From Candidatus Omnitrophota bacterium (GTDB taxonomy: Bacteria > Omnitrophota > Gorgyraeia > Gygaellales > Profunditerraquicolaceae): a stretch of DNA of 64,000 bases. Under the pieces are notes generated by a model. That model was not told where the DNA came from. It searched no databases and saw nothing but the letters and a program-made list of their open reading frames with translations. Made by a program: the position numbers and the translations under genes. Numbering within the stretch: position 1 is the stretch's first letter; every line of letters begins with the position of its first letter. Location of the stretch: positions 618,041-682,040 of the forward strand of contig JAKLGJ010000001.1 in the NCBI GenBank assembly GCA_022710715.1, given 5' to 3'. Below are positions 8,964-18,980 of this stretch, one piece after another.

Positions 8964-9733
8964 TCAGCCGGTGCGATCTTTCCCTTGCCGCAGCATCTCG
9001 CGGTATTTGACGTAGCTCAAGAACTGGTACAAACTGTCGCAGTACGAGATGACGAATCCGTACATCCCGTCCTTATACGCCTGTTTGCGGATATAACGAC
9101 GGAAAAAACGATCAACGGCCCGCCAGAGCATATGCCCGCAGGTCATCCTGCGATCGGTCTTGATCCATTTACGCGCTTCGAGCGTGGTCTGGCGGTTGAC
9201 GCTGCCGAATAAATGCTCCAGATCGGGATAGCCTTTATGGATAATATCCGAATGCAGATGACCGGCGCGGCCTACGCCCAGGACCCGGGGATGGACTTCA
9301 ACCTCTTCGTAGCGCATCTTGTCCCGCAAAAACAGCCGCACCTTGGGCGCCGGGTACCAGCCGCCGTGGCGTACCCAGTAATTGCCGAAAAAAGTACGCA
9401 GCGGGATATCGTAACAGTCGAACGCATCGCTTTTGATCACTCCGGCGATCTCTTCTTTCAATTCCGGGGTGACCGATTCGTCCGCGTCCAGGCTCAAAAC
9501 CCATTTGTTACGCGCCTGGGCATATGCCCAGTTGCGGTGCACGCCTTCATTCTCCATTTTGCGGGTAAGCACTCTGGCGTATTTTCCGGCCACCGCGACT
9601 GTTTTGTCCGTGCTGCAATCGTCCACCAGGATAATCTCGTCCGCCCAGCCGTAAACGCTCTTCAGACACTCTTCGATCCCCTGCTCTTCATTCTTGGCAA
9701 TGATCACTACTGATACGGCGACCGTTACAGCCA
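8964..9733 (-). CDS. GT2 glycosyltransferase (LPS core WaaE/KdtX-like)
   Basis: VSVVIIAKNEE...ILVDDCSTDKT...SLDADE GT2 motifs. True start MAVTVAVS at 9733 with AGGAGG RBS; its ATG overlaps the TGA of the upstream gene (ATGA). The track's longer N-terminus was rejected. Confidence 0.75.
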
Positions 9734-10855
9734 TCAAACCTCCTTGAGCGTGTCCGCCACAAAAGAAATCTGTTCCGGGGTGAGAAACGGATGCATCGGC
9801 AAAGAAACGATCCCCGTGCAGACCCGTTCGGAAACCGGGAAAGCGCCGGCGCGGTACCCCAGCCCGGCATAAGCCTTCTGAAGATGCAGCGGGATCGGAT
9901 AATTCACCATGCATCCGATCTGTTTTTCTTTGAACAGCGCCAGCGCCGCCGCGCGCCGCGGCAGACGCACCGCGTAAATATGGAAAACATGCGAGGAAAA
10001 CTCCGCCCGGCGGGGTTTAAGCGCGCCCAAACCCCGTTGTTCCAGGCAGCGATCGTACAACGCCGCATTGGCAATCCGCCGGCGGTTCCATTGATCGAGC
10101 AGTTTCAATTTCTGCCGCAGGATTGCCGCCTGCAGAGTATCCAGCCGCGAATTATACCCCAGCACCACATGTTCATACTTGGTTTTACGGCCGCAGTCGC
10201 GCAGGCGATAAAGCTTGTCGAAAAGTTTTTTGCTGTCGGTAACGATCATGCCGCCGTCTCCCGCGCCGCCGAGATTTTTGGTGGGGTAAAAGCTGAATGC
10301 TCCGGTATCGCCGATAGAGCCGGCTTTCCGGGGCCGGCCTTTTCCGGATAAGCACAGATATTCTGCGCCATGCGCCTGGCAGGCGTCCTCAATGATCTTC
10401 AAACCGTGCTTGCGGCAGATGCGCATCAGCGGCTGCATATCCGCGCATTGCCCGAAGAGATGCACCGGGATGACCGCTCTGGTGCGCCGGGTAATGACCT
10501 GTTCGATCCGCTCGACGTCGATAGTGTAGGTTTTCTCGTCTATATCCGCAAAGACCGGCCGCGCCCCGGTTGCGGAGACCACGAATGCTGTGGCCACGAA
10601 AGTAAACGCCGGCACGATCACTTCATCGCCCGGGCCGATGCCCATGGCGATCAGGCTCAAGAATAAAGCGTCGGTGCCGGAATTGACTCCCAGCGCAAAG
10701 CGGCTGCCGCAGTAAGCGGCAAATTCCTGCTCGAACAAATGCACATCTTTGCCCAGGATGAAGTCGCCGCGGGTAAAGACGTCTTTGACCGCGCGCTCCA
10801 CTGCCCCGCGCAACGCCTTATGCTGCCCGCGAATGTCTACAAAAGGAACGTTCAT
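9734..10855 (-). CDS. DegT/DnrJ/EryC1/StrS-family PLP-dependent sugar aminotransferase
   Basis: GDEVIVPAFTFVAT, FSFYPTKNLG and YNSRLD motifs; 373 aa. Confidence 0.85.
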   Translation of the reverse strand: MNVPFVDIRGQHKALRGAVERAVKDVFTRGDFILGKDVHLFEQEFAAYCGSRFALGVNSGTDALFLSLIAMGIGPGDEVIVPAFTFVATAFVVSATGARPVFADIDEKTYTIDVERIEQVITRRTRAVIPVHLFGQCADMQPLMRICRKHGLKIIEDACQAHGAEYLCLSGKGRPRKAGSIGDTGAFSFYPTKNLGGAGDGGMIVTDSKKLFDKLYRLRDCGRKTKYEHVVLGYNSRLDTLQAAILRQKLKLLDQWNRRRIANAALYDRCLEQRGLGALKPRRAEFSSHVFHIYAVRLPRRAAALALFKEKQIGCMVNYPIPLHLQKAYAGLGYRAGAFPVSERVCTGIVSLPMHPFLTPEQISFVADTLKEV

Positions 10856-11796
10856 CGTCTATCCTTGAAATACGCCCTGTACCAGTCCACGGTTTGAGCA
10901 ATGCCCTGGCTGAAAGTGGTGGCGGCTTTCCAGCCCAGTTCGCGGCGGATTTTCGAGCAATCCAAAGAATAGCGGATATCGTGGCCGGGCCGGTCGGCGA
11001 CAAACTCGATCAAGGATGCGGGTTGTCCCAGCAGCTTCAGGATCGCCTTCACCGTATCGATGTTCCGGCGCTCCTGGCCGCTGCCGGCATTATAGACGCT
11101 GCCCGGTACGGCTTTCCGCAGCACCTGCCAGACGGCCTGCGCGCAGTCGCCGACAAAGAGCCACTCCCGGACATTCAATCCCCGCGCGTACACCGGCACT
11201 TTCTTATTCTGCAGGGCCTGGCGGATGACCACGGGAATAAGCTTCTCCGGATACTGCCAGGGGCCGTAATTATTCGAAGGCCGGACCACGACGGCAGGTA
11301 AACCGTAGGTGCGGAAATACGCCCGGGCGAGCATATCCGCGGCGGCCTTGCTCACCGAATACGGCGAATTGGGGTTAAACGGGGAATCTTCGCGGAATGT
11401 CCCTTTTTCGATCTCGCCGTACACCTCGTCTGTGGAAATGTGCACGAATTTCTTCACCGGGTAACGCCGGCAGACATCCAGCAGCACCTGGGTGCCGGTG
11501 ACATTGGTGTCCATGAACGGCGTGGCGTCGGCAATGCTGCGGTCGACGTGCGATTCGGCGGCGAAATGCACCACGGCTTCCGGCCGCTCTTTTTCGAATA
11601 CCTGCTTGAGCCTGCGGCTGTCGCAGATATTCACTTTATGGAAACTGATCGCCTGCCTGGCCGGGGCCAGGCGCTTGAGATCGCCGGCATAGGTCAGACA
11701 ATCCACTACCGCCATCTTTGTGCCCGCGCGCGCGCCCTGACGCACGAACTCGCTGCCGATAAATCCGGCTGCGCCGGTAACCAGGATTTTCTTCAT
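10852..11796 (-). CDS. rfbB: dTDP-glucose 4,6-dehydratase
   Basis: MKKILVTGAAGFIGS..., catalytic YSVSKAA, PSNNYGPWQYPEKLIP. Start 11796 has a GAGGA RBS and overlaps the upstream stop (ATGA). Confidence 0.9.
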   Translation of the reverse strand: MKKILVTGAAGFIGSEFVRQGARAGTKMAVVDCLTYAGDLKRLAPARQAISFHKVNICDSRRLKQVFEKERPEAVVHFAAESHVDRSIADATPFMDTNVTGTQVLLDVCRRYPVKKFVHISTDEVYGEIEKGTFREDSPFNPNSPYSVSKAAADMLARAYFRTYGLPAVVVRPSNNYGPWQYPEKLIPVVIRQALQNKKVPVYARGLNVREWLFVGDCAQAVWQVLRKAVPGSVYNAGSGQERRNIDTVKAILKLLGQPASLIEFVADRPGHDIRYSLDCSKIRRELGWKAATTFSQGIAQTVDWYRAYFKDRR

Positions 11797-12626
11797 TTTG
11801 ATCCTCGTTGTTTTAAATACTCGCGCACGCATTCATCCAGCACATCCTGGATCTTGCGCACGGTAAACCCGGTCTTTTCCAGTTTTTTCACCGACATCAC
11901 CAGGTTGGTGCGCACTAACGGCAGCGCGCGGTAATCCATCACGTCATACTTGAAATCCGGAACGTATTTCTTATAGGTATCCATGAGCTGCGTATAGTAT
12001 AAACCGTACTTGTTCACCGTATTGAATATCCCCCGGCCGTCGATCTTGATCAGATGATGGAGCATTTCGCAGAAATCCGGCACATAGGTCACCGAATTCG
12101 GGCAGTCGATCACCTTGCCGTATTTGATCAGTTTATCCAGGATATTCTTGGGATGCGGCCGGTTGTCCAGCGGAATGCGGATGCGGGCGATGAGAATATT
12201 GGATTTCCTGGCCATGATATTCAACGCCTGCTCGGTGTAGATCTTGGTCCGGGAATAATAGAGATCGAAGAAATCCGGCGCTTCCTCCTCGGTAACGGGT
12301 TTTTGCTTGCTGTAATCGAAATGATAAATGCAGCCGCTGGAAATATGCACCAGCTTGACTTTTGTACGGTACGCGGCGTCCGCCATGATGATCGGCACGA
12401 ACGTATTGGCCTGCAACGTGCGGTCTTTGTCGATCTCGCAGTCGTCCACGTTATGCTTGCCGGTGTGGCCGATGCAATTGACGATATGCGTGGGTTTGTG
12501 CCGCTCGATCTCTTCGAGCACGTCGGCAAAACCGTTGACCCGCCGGTCGGTGATCGCCCAGCCGAACTGCTCGTGCAGCCGTTGGCCCATGAACCCTTTC
12601 CCGAAAATCAGAATTTTATATTTCAT
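11793..12626 (-). CDS. RmlD-family NAD(P)-dependent sugar reductase/epimerase (dTDP-4-dehydrorhamnose reductase-like)
   Basis: ILIFGKGFMGQ Rossmann motif and YSRTKIYTEQ YxxxK. Short SDR of 277 aa, visibly lower GC than its neighbours. Confidence 0.55.
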   Translation of the reverse strand: MKYKILIFGKGFMGQRLHEQFGWAITDRRVNGFADVLEEIERHKPTHIVNCIGHTGKHNVDDCEIDKDRTLQANTFVPIIMADAAYRTKVKLVHISSGCIYHFDYSKQKPVTEEEAPDFFDLYYSRTKIYTEQALNIMARKSNILIARIRIPLDNRPHPKNILDKLIKYGKVIDCPNSVTYVPDFCEMLHHLIKIDGRGIFNTVNKYGLYYTQLMDTYKKYVPDFKYDVMDYRALPLVRTNLVMSVKKLEKTGFTVRKIQDVLDECVREYLKQRGSK

Positions 12627-12629
12627 CCT

Positions 12630-13487
12630 CTACTCCAGTGAAAGCAGATAGTCGCCGTAGCTGGTATGGATCCCCGCGGCCAGGGCGCGCAATTGTTTTT
12701 TGTCGATATATCCCTGGCGATACGCGATCTCCTCGATACAGCCGACTTTCAAGCCCTGCCGGTCTTCCACGGTTTTGATGAATATGGACGCGTCGATCAG
12801 CGATTGGTAGGTGCCGGTATCCAGCCAGGCGAACCCGCGGCCCAGAGGCAGCACTTTCAGGTTACCTTCTTTTAGATACACGTTGTTCACATCCGTGATC
12901 TCCAGTTCGCCGCGCTTCGAAGGCTTGATGTTCTTCGCGATATCCACTACCCGGCGATCGTAAAAATACAATCCGGTCACCGCCCAGTTCGATTTGGGTC
13001 TGGCCGGTTTTTCGGCAATGGATTTTGCCCGGCACCGGGCGTCGAACTCGATCACCCCGTAACGCTGGGGATCCCGGACGTAATAACTCAAAATATACGC
13101 GCCTTTTTTCAGCGCCGCCGCCTGTTTGAGTATCTCGGTAAGGTCATGGCCGTAGAAAATATTATCCCCCAGGATCAGGCTCACGCTGTCTTTGCCGATG
13201 AAGTCTTCCCCGATAAGGAAGCTCTGGGCGATGCCTGCGGGTTTGGGCTGTTCGGCGTAACTGATGCTGATCCCCAGTTCACCCCCGCTGCCCAGAAGAT
13301 CCCGGAAGCGCGGCAGATCTTTGGGCGTGGAGATCACCAGGATCTCGCGGATACCCGCGAGCATCAAAACCGACAGCGGGTAATAGATCATCGGCTTGTC
13401 GTAGATGGGCAGCAGCTGCTTGCAAACGCCTTTGGTGATCGGATACAGCCGTGTGGCTTTACCGCCTGCTAATAGTATGCCTTTCAT
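12630..13487 (-). CDS. rfbA: Glucose-1-phosphate thymidylyltransferase
   Basis: [19 protein letters not shown]..., [15 protein letters not shown]. Start ATG at 13487 confirmed by eye; the track's 100-aa Arg/Gly-rich N-terminal extension was rejected. Confidence 0.9.
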   Translation of the reverse strand: MKGILLAGGKATRLYPITKGVCKQLLPIYDKPMIYYPLSVLMLAGIREILVISTPKDLPRFRDLLGSGGELGISISYAEQPKPAGIAQSFLIGEDFIGKDSVSLILGDNIFYGHDLTEILKQAAALKKGAYILSYYVRDPQRYGVIEFDARCRAKSIAEKPARPKSNWAVTGLYFYDRRVVDIAKNIKPSKRGELEITDVNNVYLKEGNLKVLPLGRGFAWLDTGTYQSLIDASIFIKTVEDRQGLKVGCIEEIAYRQGYIDKKQLRALAAGIHTSYGDYLLSLE

Positions 13488-13531
13488 ACATACCTCATTT
13501 TTCAGGGGTGGTACCTTCGGGAACGTCCCCG

Positions 13532-15244
13532 TTACTTTTTTGAGACCAGGTAATCGCCCATGGCCAGGTAATCCAGCCCGCTTTCTTTGAACATCAACAA
13601 AGCGTCGCGCGGCGAACAGATCATCGGCTCTCCCCGGCGGTTGAGCGAAGTGTTGATCACCACCGGAACTCCGGATAACCGGTGAAAATCCTGGATTAAC
13701 TGGTAGAACCGGGGATTGGTTTCCTTTTCCACGATCTGCGGCCGGCAGGTTCCGTCCACATGCACCACTTCCGGAATGCGCTCTTTCCATTTCAAAGCGG
13801 CTTTGAAAGCGATGGTCATGAACGGCGCAGGATGGTTCGACTGCAGGATATCCGGCGCAAATTCTTTGAGCAGCGATGGGCAGAACGGCCGCCAGTTCTC
13901 CCGGAACTTGATGATTTCATTGATCCGGTCGGCTGTTCCGCGGATAGTGGGATTGCCCAGAATGCTGCGATTGCCCAAAGCCCGCGGTCCCCATTCCATC
14001 CGTCCCTGAAACCAGCCCACGATCTCGCCCTGCTGCAGCAGCGTCGCGGCCTTGAGACAGATATTCTTTTCCAGGTGATACTCGTATCCGCAGGTGGATA
14101 ACGCCTGTTCGATCTCCCAGGCTGCGAATTCCGGCCCCAGATACGCGTGGCGCATGGGCGCAATCCGTTCTCCCAGCCGCACCCCCGCATAGGCTGCAGC
14201 GCCCAGCGAACCGCCGGCGTCGCCGCTGGCCGGCTGCACCCAGAGATGCTTGATATACGGTTGTTCGAGCAGAATACGATTCATCGCCACATTCAGCGCT
14301 ACTCCGCCGGCAAAACAGAGATTGCCGTGCATTTCGAGTTCCGGTTTCAGATACGCCTCGATCAAGCGCAGGGTGATATCCTCCAGAGATTTCTGCGTGG
14401 CGGCGGCAATATGAATATACGGTTCGGACAAACCGTCCCCCGTGCGTTCCGGTCCGAATTCCCTGACCATGCGCCGGGAATAAACTTTATCCACCCGGAA
14501 ACGTTTCGACCGTTGCACCCAGACATACGCGTCGCTGCAATGATAGGTTTTGCGCGCGGCGTCCCAGCGGATCAAACGGCTCAAATCGGATTTAACCGGA
14601 TCGCCGAACGGGGCCATCCCCATGACTTTATATTCCCCGTCGCCCCGCTCGAATCCCAGATAATCCGTCATGGTGGCGTAAAAATCGCCGAGTGAATCCG
14701 GCGCCAGTATCTCTTTGAGTTTACGGATATCCTTACCGGCCGCCGTACCCAGAAGCGTGGACGCCAGCTCTCCGCCGGCGTCGATAGACATCACCGCGGC
14801 GCGTTCCATCCCGGAAAAATAAAACGCGGAAGCGGCATGCGCCAGATGATGCTCCACCCATTCCAGCTTCACTTTGAGCGGATCGAATCCGCACTGCTCG
14901 AGGGTGCCGAAAATATGCTTTATTTCTCCGCGCAGTTCGCGCCGGTTCCGGAAGAATTTCTTGAAAGCCCGGCTGGGGCGGGTAAACATGGTTCGCAACA
15001 GGTACTCCACGCGATGGTCGCGCAGAGCGTGAAATGACCAGGGGAACGCCACGCAGTCGATATCCGACGGTTTGAGCCCGGCCGCGTCCAGACAAAATTT
15101 CACCGCATTGACCGGCATCTGGCCGTCGGCGTGCTTTTTCCGCGTAAAACGCTCTTCTTCTGCGCCGGCTATGACTTTACCGTCGACTAAAATGGCCGCC
15201 GAATGATCGTGTCCGAACGGCGCGGCCAGTCCAAGAATTTTCAT
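13532..15244 (-). CDS. NodU/CmcH-family O-carbamoyltransferase
   Basis: [19 protein letters not shown]... Kae1/HypF-like N-terminal domain plus C-terminal carbamoyltransferase domain; 570 aa. Confidence 0.85.
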   Translation of the reverse strand: MKILGLAAPFGHDHSAAILVDGKVIAGAEEERFTRKKHADGQMPVNAVKFCLDAAGLKPSDIDCVAFPWSFHALRDHRVEYLLRTMFTRPSRAFKKFFRNRRELRGEIKHIFGTLEQCGFDPLKVKLEWVEHHLAHAASAFYFSGMERAAVMSIDAGGELASTLLGTAAGKDIRKLKEILAPDSLGDFYATMTDYLGFERGDGEYKVMGMAPFGDPVKSDLSRLIRWDAARKTYHCSDAYVWVQRSKRFRVDKVYSRRMVREFGPERTGDGLSEPYIHIAAATQKSLEDITLRLIEAYLKPELEMHGNLCFAGGVALNVAMNRILLEQPYIKHLWVQPASGDAGGSLGAAAYAGVRLGERIAPMRHAYLGPEFAAWEIEQALSTCGYEYHLEKNICLKAATLLQQGEIVGWFQGRMEWGPRALGNRSILGNPTIRGTADRINEIIKFRENWRPFCPSLLKEFAPDILQSNHPAPFMTIAFKAALKWKERIPEVVHVDGTCRPQIVEKETNPRFYQLIQDFHRLSGVPVVINTSLNRRGEPMICSPRDALLMFKESGLDYLAMGDYLVSKK

Positions 15245-15256
15245 GGGTTTCCTTAT

Positions 15257-16360
15257 CTATGCTGTTTTTTGTTTTAACTGCTGGATCAGTCGCCAGAACC
15301 CCTGCGGTTGCGCGCCCCCGGCTTCATGGACGACAAATAAAAACTCCCGCCGCAACCACGGCAAGGCGCACATGCGGTTCATCATCTGGCGAGAACATAT
15401 TATCATATCATATCTTTTTGTTTTTTGGTAGCGCAGATTGTTCAGGAGGTTGGCTGCCAGCTTGATCCAGAGCATCCAGCCGGGCGCGCGCTTCACCACG
15501 CAGTTCGTATGTCTGATACCGATAGCCGGATCGTCGGTGATCAAGACCAGCCGGTTCTGGTCGCGCAATAAAGCCAGGGCCGTTCCAACTGCAGCGGTCC
15601 GGCCGGAAGAGCGATGATCGGCAACCTGACAGATGCGTAGCGGTCTGCCCCACTTGCGCAGGAACATCTGCCTGCGCTCTTCAAACAGGCGGTCCATGCC
15701 CTGTTTGCCCAGCTGCGGGCCGAACGTAGCGTTGATATAGTGGCGGACAAAAGCCGCCAGGGCCACTTTGCAGATATAACCTTTTTTGACCGCTCGGACC
15801 GCAAAATCCCAGTCGTCGAAATACCCCGGGGAGAACGCTTCGTCCAGCCCGCCGATGGCGTTTATCACTTCGCGGCGGACCAGAAAACAAAAACCCCGGG
15901 CCCAGTCGGTCTCCGCGCTCTGACCGGCATAACGCTTGCGCAGTCGCGCCGCCCAGACGTCGAGCCGCGCGCCGAACCGGGCGGGAAATTCCCATTGAGG
16001 ATTGACCAGCCCGACCGCCGGCGACTGTCTGGCCGCAGAGAGCATCTCGGACAGCCATCCCGGGAAAACCAGCGTATCATTGCTGATCACGCAGATGAAC
16101 GGACGGTCCGACAAAGACAAGCCTTTGTTCACCGCCTTGATATATCCCTGGTTTTGTTCATTGCGGGCGATCCTGATGTATTCGGGAAACCGCTTTTGCA
16201 TCGACGCCAGATACTCGAGCGTTTGCGGCTGCGTGCTGCCGTTATCCACAATGGTCAAACGGAAAGGCCCGGGAGTATGCGCGATAATACTTTCCAGGCA
16301 GGGACGGGTCAATTCAAGTTTATCGTAGACCAGAAGAACGATATCGCAATCAGCGGCCAT
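15257..16360 (-). CDS. GT2 glycosyltransferase (rhamnosyltransferase WbbL-like), paralog A
   Basis: DIVLLVYD...TIVDNGS...NQGYIKAVN...ISNDT; shares a motif scaffold with the gene at 20728-21777. Confidence 0.75.
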   Translation of the reverse strand: MAADCDIVLLVYDKLELTRPCLESIIAHTPGPFRLTIVDNGSTQPQTLEYLASMQKRFPEYIRIARNEQNQGYIKAVNKGLSLSDRPFICVISNDTLVFPGWLSEMLSAARQSPAVGLVNPQWEFPARFGARLDVWAARLRKRYAGQSAETDWARGFCFLVRREVINAIGGLDEAFSPGYFDDWDFAVRAVKKGYICKVALAAFVRHYINATFGPQLGKQGMDRLFEERRQMFLRKWGRPLRICQVADHRSSGRTAAVGTALALLRDQNRLVLITDDPAIGIRHTNCVVKRAPGWMLWIKLAANLLNNLRYQKTKRYDMIICSRQMMNRMCALPWLRREFLFVVHEAGGAQPQGFWRLIQQLKQKTA

Positions 16361-17660
16361 GGCTCTTAAAGAATGCGGCAAAAGTCCGGATCACGTAATC
16401 GAGCATCTCCTCGGTCAACCCGGGATACACGCCGATCCAGAAAAGGTCGTTCATCACCCGGTCGGTAGTTTTCAGCGTTCCGGCGACCCGGTGCTTGATG
16501 CCCCGATACGCGGGCTGACGCAGCAGATTCCCGCCGAAAAGCATGCGCGTGGCGATCTTGTTTCTCTCCAGGTAGGTAACGATATCCGTGCGGCTGAACG
16601 GGGCATCTTTTTTTACCATCAGGGTAAATCCAAACCAGCTGGGCTCGGCCTGCGGCTCGTGTTGGGGCAGGACAAAACAGTCGCGATACTGCGAAAGCGC
16701 AGCATACAACCGGTCGAAATTCTTCCGGCGCCGGCTGACGAATGATTCGAGTTTTTTCAGTTGCGCACAGCCTACCGCCGCCTGCATATCCGTCAATTTT
16801 AAATTATACCCGACATGAGAATAAACATATTTATGGTCGTATCCCGGCGGCAGCGAGCCGAATGTGCGGCTGAAACGCTTGCCGCAGGAATTGTCCTGCC
16901 CCGGCGCGCACCAGCAATCCCGGCCCCAGTCGCGGAACGAAGCCACGATACGGCCGAGCAAAGGATCATCCGTGACTACCGCTCCCCCTTCGCCCATGGT
17001 GATGTGATGCGGCGGATAAAAGCTGCCGGTAGCCAGATGACCGAACGAGCCGGTGAGTTTACCGTCAAACCGGGCCCCGAGGGCGTCGCAGTTGTCTTCG
17101 ATGAACCAGAGTTTGTGTTTCCTGGTCACGGTCAGGATCGCGTCGAGCGCGCAGGGATTTCCCAGCGTGTGCGGAACAAAGATAGCTCTGGTCTTCGCAC
17201 CCACGGCTTTCGACAGCAGCGCCGGGTCGATATTGCAGGTGCCGGGTTTGACGTCCACAAATACCGGCACCAGACCGTACTGGAGCACAGGATTGAGCGT
17301 GGTGGGAAATCCGCAGGCAGTGGTGATCACTTCGTCTCCCGGATGCAGACGGCGCCTGCCCAGTTGAGACGAAGTCAAGGCGGCAACAGCCAGAAGATTG
17401 GCCGAAGAACCGGAATTGCACAAATACGCGCGTTCCCTTCCCAGATACGCGGCGAATTCCCGTTCGAATTCCTGCGCGAAGCGCCCGGCAGTCAGCCAGA
17501 AATCCAGACCGGCTTCGACCAGGTTCACCATTTCCCGCTCATCGAATACCCGTCCGGCATAAGGAATATAGGTCTGCCCCGGCCGCCATTTTTTTTCGGC
17601 GAAAGCCTGCTTATAGTACAGGCGCACTTTTTTGAGGATAGCGTCCTTTAATTTTTGCAT
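16350..17660 (-). CDS. rfbH: DegT-family PMP-dependent 3-dehydrase, CDP-6-deoxy-D-xylo-4-hexulose-3-dehydrase (E1/RfbH)-like
   Basis: 436 aa DegT fold carrying a Cys cluster DCWCAPGQDNSCGKRF typical of the [2Fe-2S] E1 dehydrases. ddhA and ddhB lie 1.3-3 kb away. Confidence 0.65.
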   Translation of the reverse strand: MQKLKDAILKKVRLYYKQAFAEKKWRPGQTYIPYAGRVFDEREMVNLVEAGLDFWLTAGRFAQEFEREFAAYLGRERAYLCNSGSSANLLAVAALTSSQLGRRRLHPGDEVITTACGFPTTLNPVLQYGLVPVFVDVKPGTCNIDPALLSKAVGAKTRAIFVPHTLGNPCALDAILTVTRKHKLWFIEDNCDALGARFDGKLTGSFGHLATGSFYPPHHITMGEGGAVVTDDPLLGRIVASFRDWGRDCWCAPGQDNSCGKRFSRTFGSLPPGYDHKYVYSHVGYNLKLTDMQAAVGCAQLKKLESFVSRRRKNFDRLYAALSQYRDCFVLPQHEPQAEPSWFGFTLMVKKDAPFSRTDIVTYLERNKIATRMLFGGNLLRQPAYRGIKHRVAGTLKTTDRVMNDLFWIGVYPGLTEEMLDYVIRTFAAFFKSHGR

Positions 17661-18538
17661 TGCAATTCCTTTTTGAACAGCGTCAACCCTTCCCGCACTC
17701 CCATCGGTTTTTCGCTCACCGCGGCGCGCACTTTCTCCGTGCGCAGTCCGGCTTTGAGCGGCCGTTGAGCCGGCTGCTTGAAATCCGCCGTGGTCACCGG
17801 GATGATCAGGTCTTTATTCAATCCGAATACAGAACAGATCTCCAGCGCGAAACGGTAGCGATCGATCAGATCCGCGCCCACTACGTTAAAAATCCCCCGG
17901 CAGTCTGCGCGCACCAGTTCTTCCACGATGCGGGCCAGATTCAGGCCGTACGTGGGATTGCCGATCTGATCCCGGGGAACCCGGCGCGACTCGCCCCGGG
18001 CGAGCATGGAGACCAGGCTGCAGGCGAAATTCTTTCCGGCGGATTCGTTGCCGTAGACTACGGTAGTGCGGATGATCAAATAACGTTTGACTAAGCGGCG
18101 GATCAGCTCTTCCGCCTCCAGTTTGCATTGCCCGTAATAATCCACGGGAGCGGGCTGATCTTCTTCGGAATACGGACCCGCTTTTCCGTCAAAAACATAG
18201 TCGGATGAAAAGAAAACCAGTTTAGCCTTATCCGCGCACAACCCGGCGACGATCTGCGGACCGGCGACATTGACGGCGTACGCTTCCTGCTGATGGGTTT
18301 CGCAATAATCGACGTTGGTCAGCGCGGCGCATAAGAGCACGATATCGGGTTGTTCCCGTTCAAAAAGACGTTCAAGACAAGCGCGGTCGCGCAGGTCGAC
18401 GGCATGGCTATGCGTAGCGCCCGGCTGTTTCTGGCGGGTCTCGACCACCGTGTAGCCCGGCCGGGCAAAAGCCAGCGCCAGATAATCGCCCACCAGGCTG
18501 GCCGCGGTGATCAGCAGCACGCGTTCTTGTTTAGCCAT
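17648..18538 (-). CDS. dTDP-4-dehydrorhamnose reductase (RmlD)-like
   Basis: SSDYVFDG signature of RmlD, PTYGLNLA. The N-terminal dinucleotide motif is degenerate (VLLITAASLVG rather than GxxGxxG). Start MAKQERV at 18538. Confidence 0.65.
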   Translation of the reverse strand: MAKQERVLLITAASLVGDYLALAFARPGYTVVETRQKQPGATHSHAVDLRDRACLERLFEREQPDIVLLCAALTNVDYCETHQQEAYAVNVAGPQIVAGLCADKAKLVFFSSDYVFDGKAGPYSEEDQPAPVDYYGQCKLEAEELIRRLVKRYLIIRTTVVYGNESAGKNFACSLVSMLARGESRRVPRDQIGNPTYGLNLARIVEELVRADCRGIFNVVGADLIDRYRFALEICSVFGLNKDLIIPVTTADFKQPAQRPLKAGLRTEKVRAAVSEKPMGVREGLTLFKKELQCKN

Positions 18539-18980
18539 GCTTGAGGTCCCAGGAATAAGGAATATGGTTATTGAACGGGTCGAGGCGCACGATTTCTTTC
18601 GGGTCATGCGCTACCGTAGAGCAATTGGCCACGATCGCCGGCCTGGTGCCGATCCCTTTGAACCCGTTCCAGACCATCGGCGGGATTCGGATCAAACAGT
18701 AGTTGTCTTCGCCGGTGAAGATTTCCTGCACCCGGCCCTTGGTGGGGGAATTCTTGCGGTCGTCAAACAGCGCCAGTTTGATCATCCCCGCAACCACCGC
18801 GTAATTGAGCACCATTTTCTTGTGCAGATGCCAGCCTTTGACCGCTCCGGGATTGACTATGGAAAAATAGATCTCGCCGAACTTCTCGAAATGCGCGTCG
18901 TCGCAGCGCAGCATATGCATGATCTTTCCCCGTTCATCCGGGATCTGCCGCAACGGATATACTTCAACGCCTTTGATCAT
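18531..18980 (-). CDS. WxcM/FdtA-like cupin (sugar 3,4-ketoisomerase or RmlC-like 3,5-epimerase)
   Basis: 149 aa; MIKGVEVYPLRQIPDERGKI...GWHLHKK... typical small cupin of dTDP-3-amino/keto sugar pathways. Confidence 0.55.
   Translation of the reverse strand: MIKGVEVYPLRQIPDERGKIMHMLRCDDAHFEKFGEIYFSIVNPGAVKGWHLHKKMVLNYAVVAGMIKLALFDDRKNSPTKGRVQEIFTGEDNYCLIRIPPMVWNGFKGIGTRPAIVANCSTVAHDPKEIVRLDPFNNHIPYSWDLKHG

Noticed and set aside
12630-13790. Track's 386-aa version of rfbA with a 100-aa N-terminal extension
   Set aside because: The extension is Arg/Gly-rich junk. The canonical MKGILLAGG start at 13487 is used instead.
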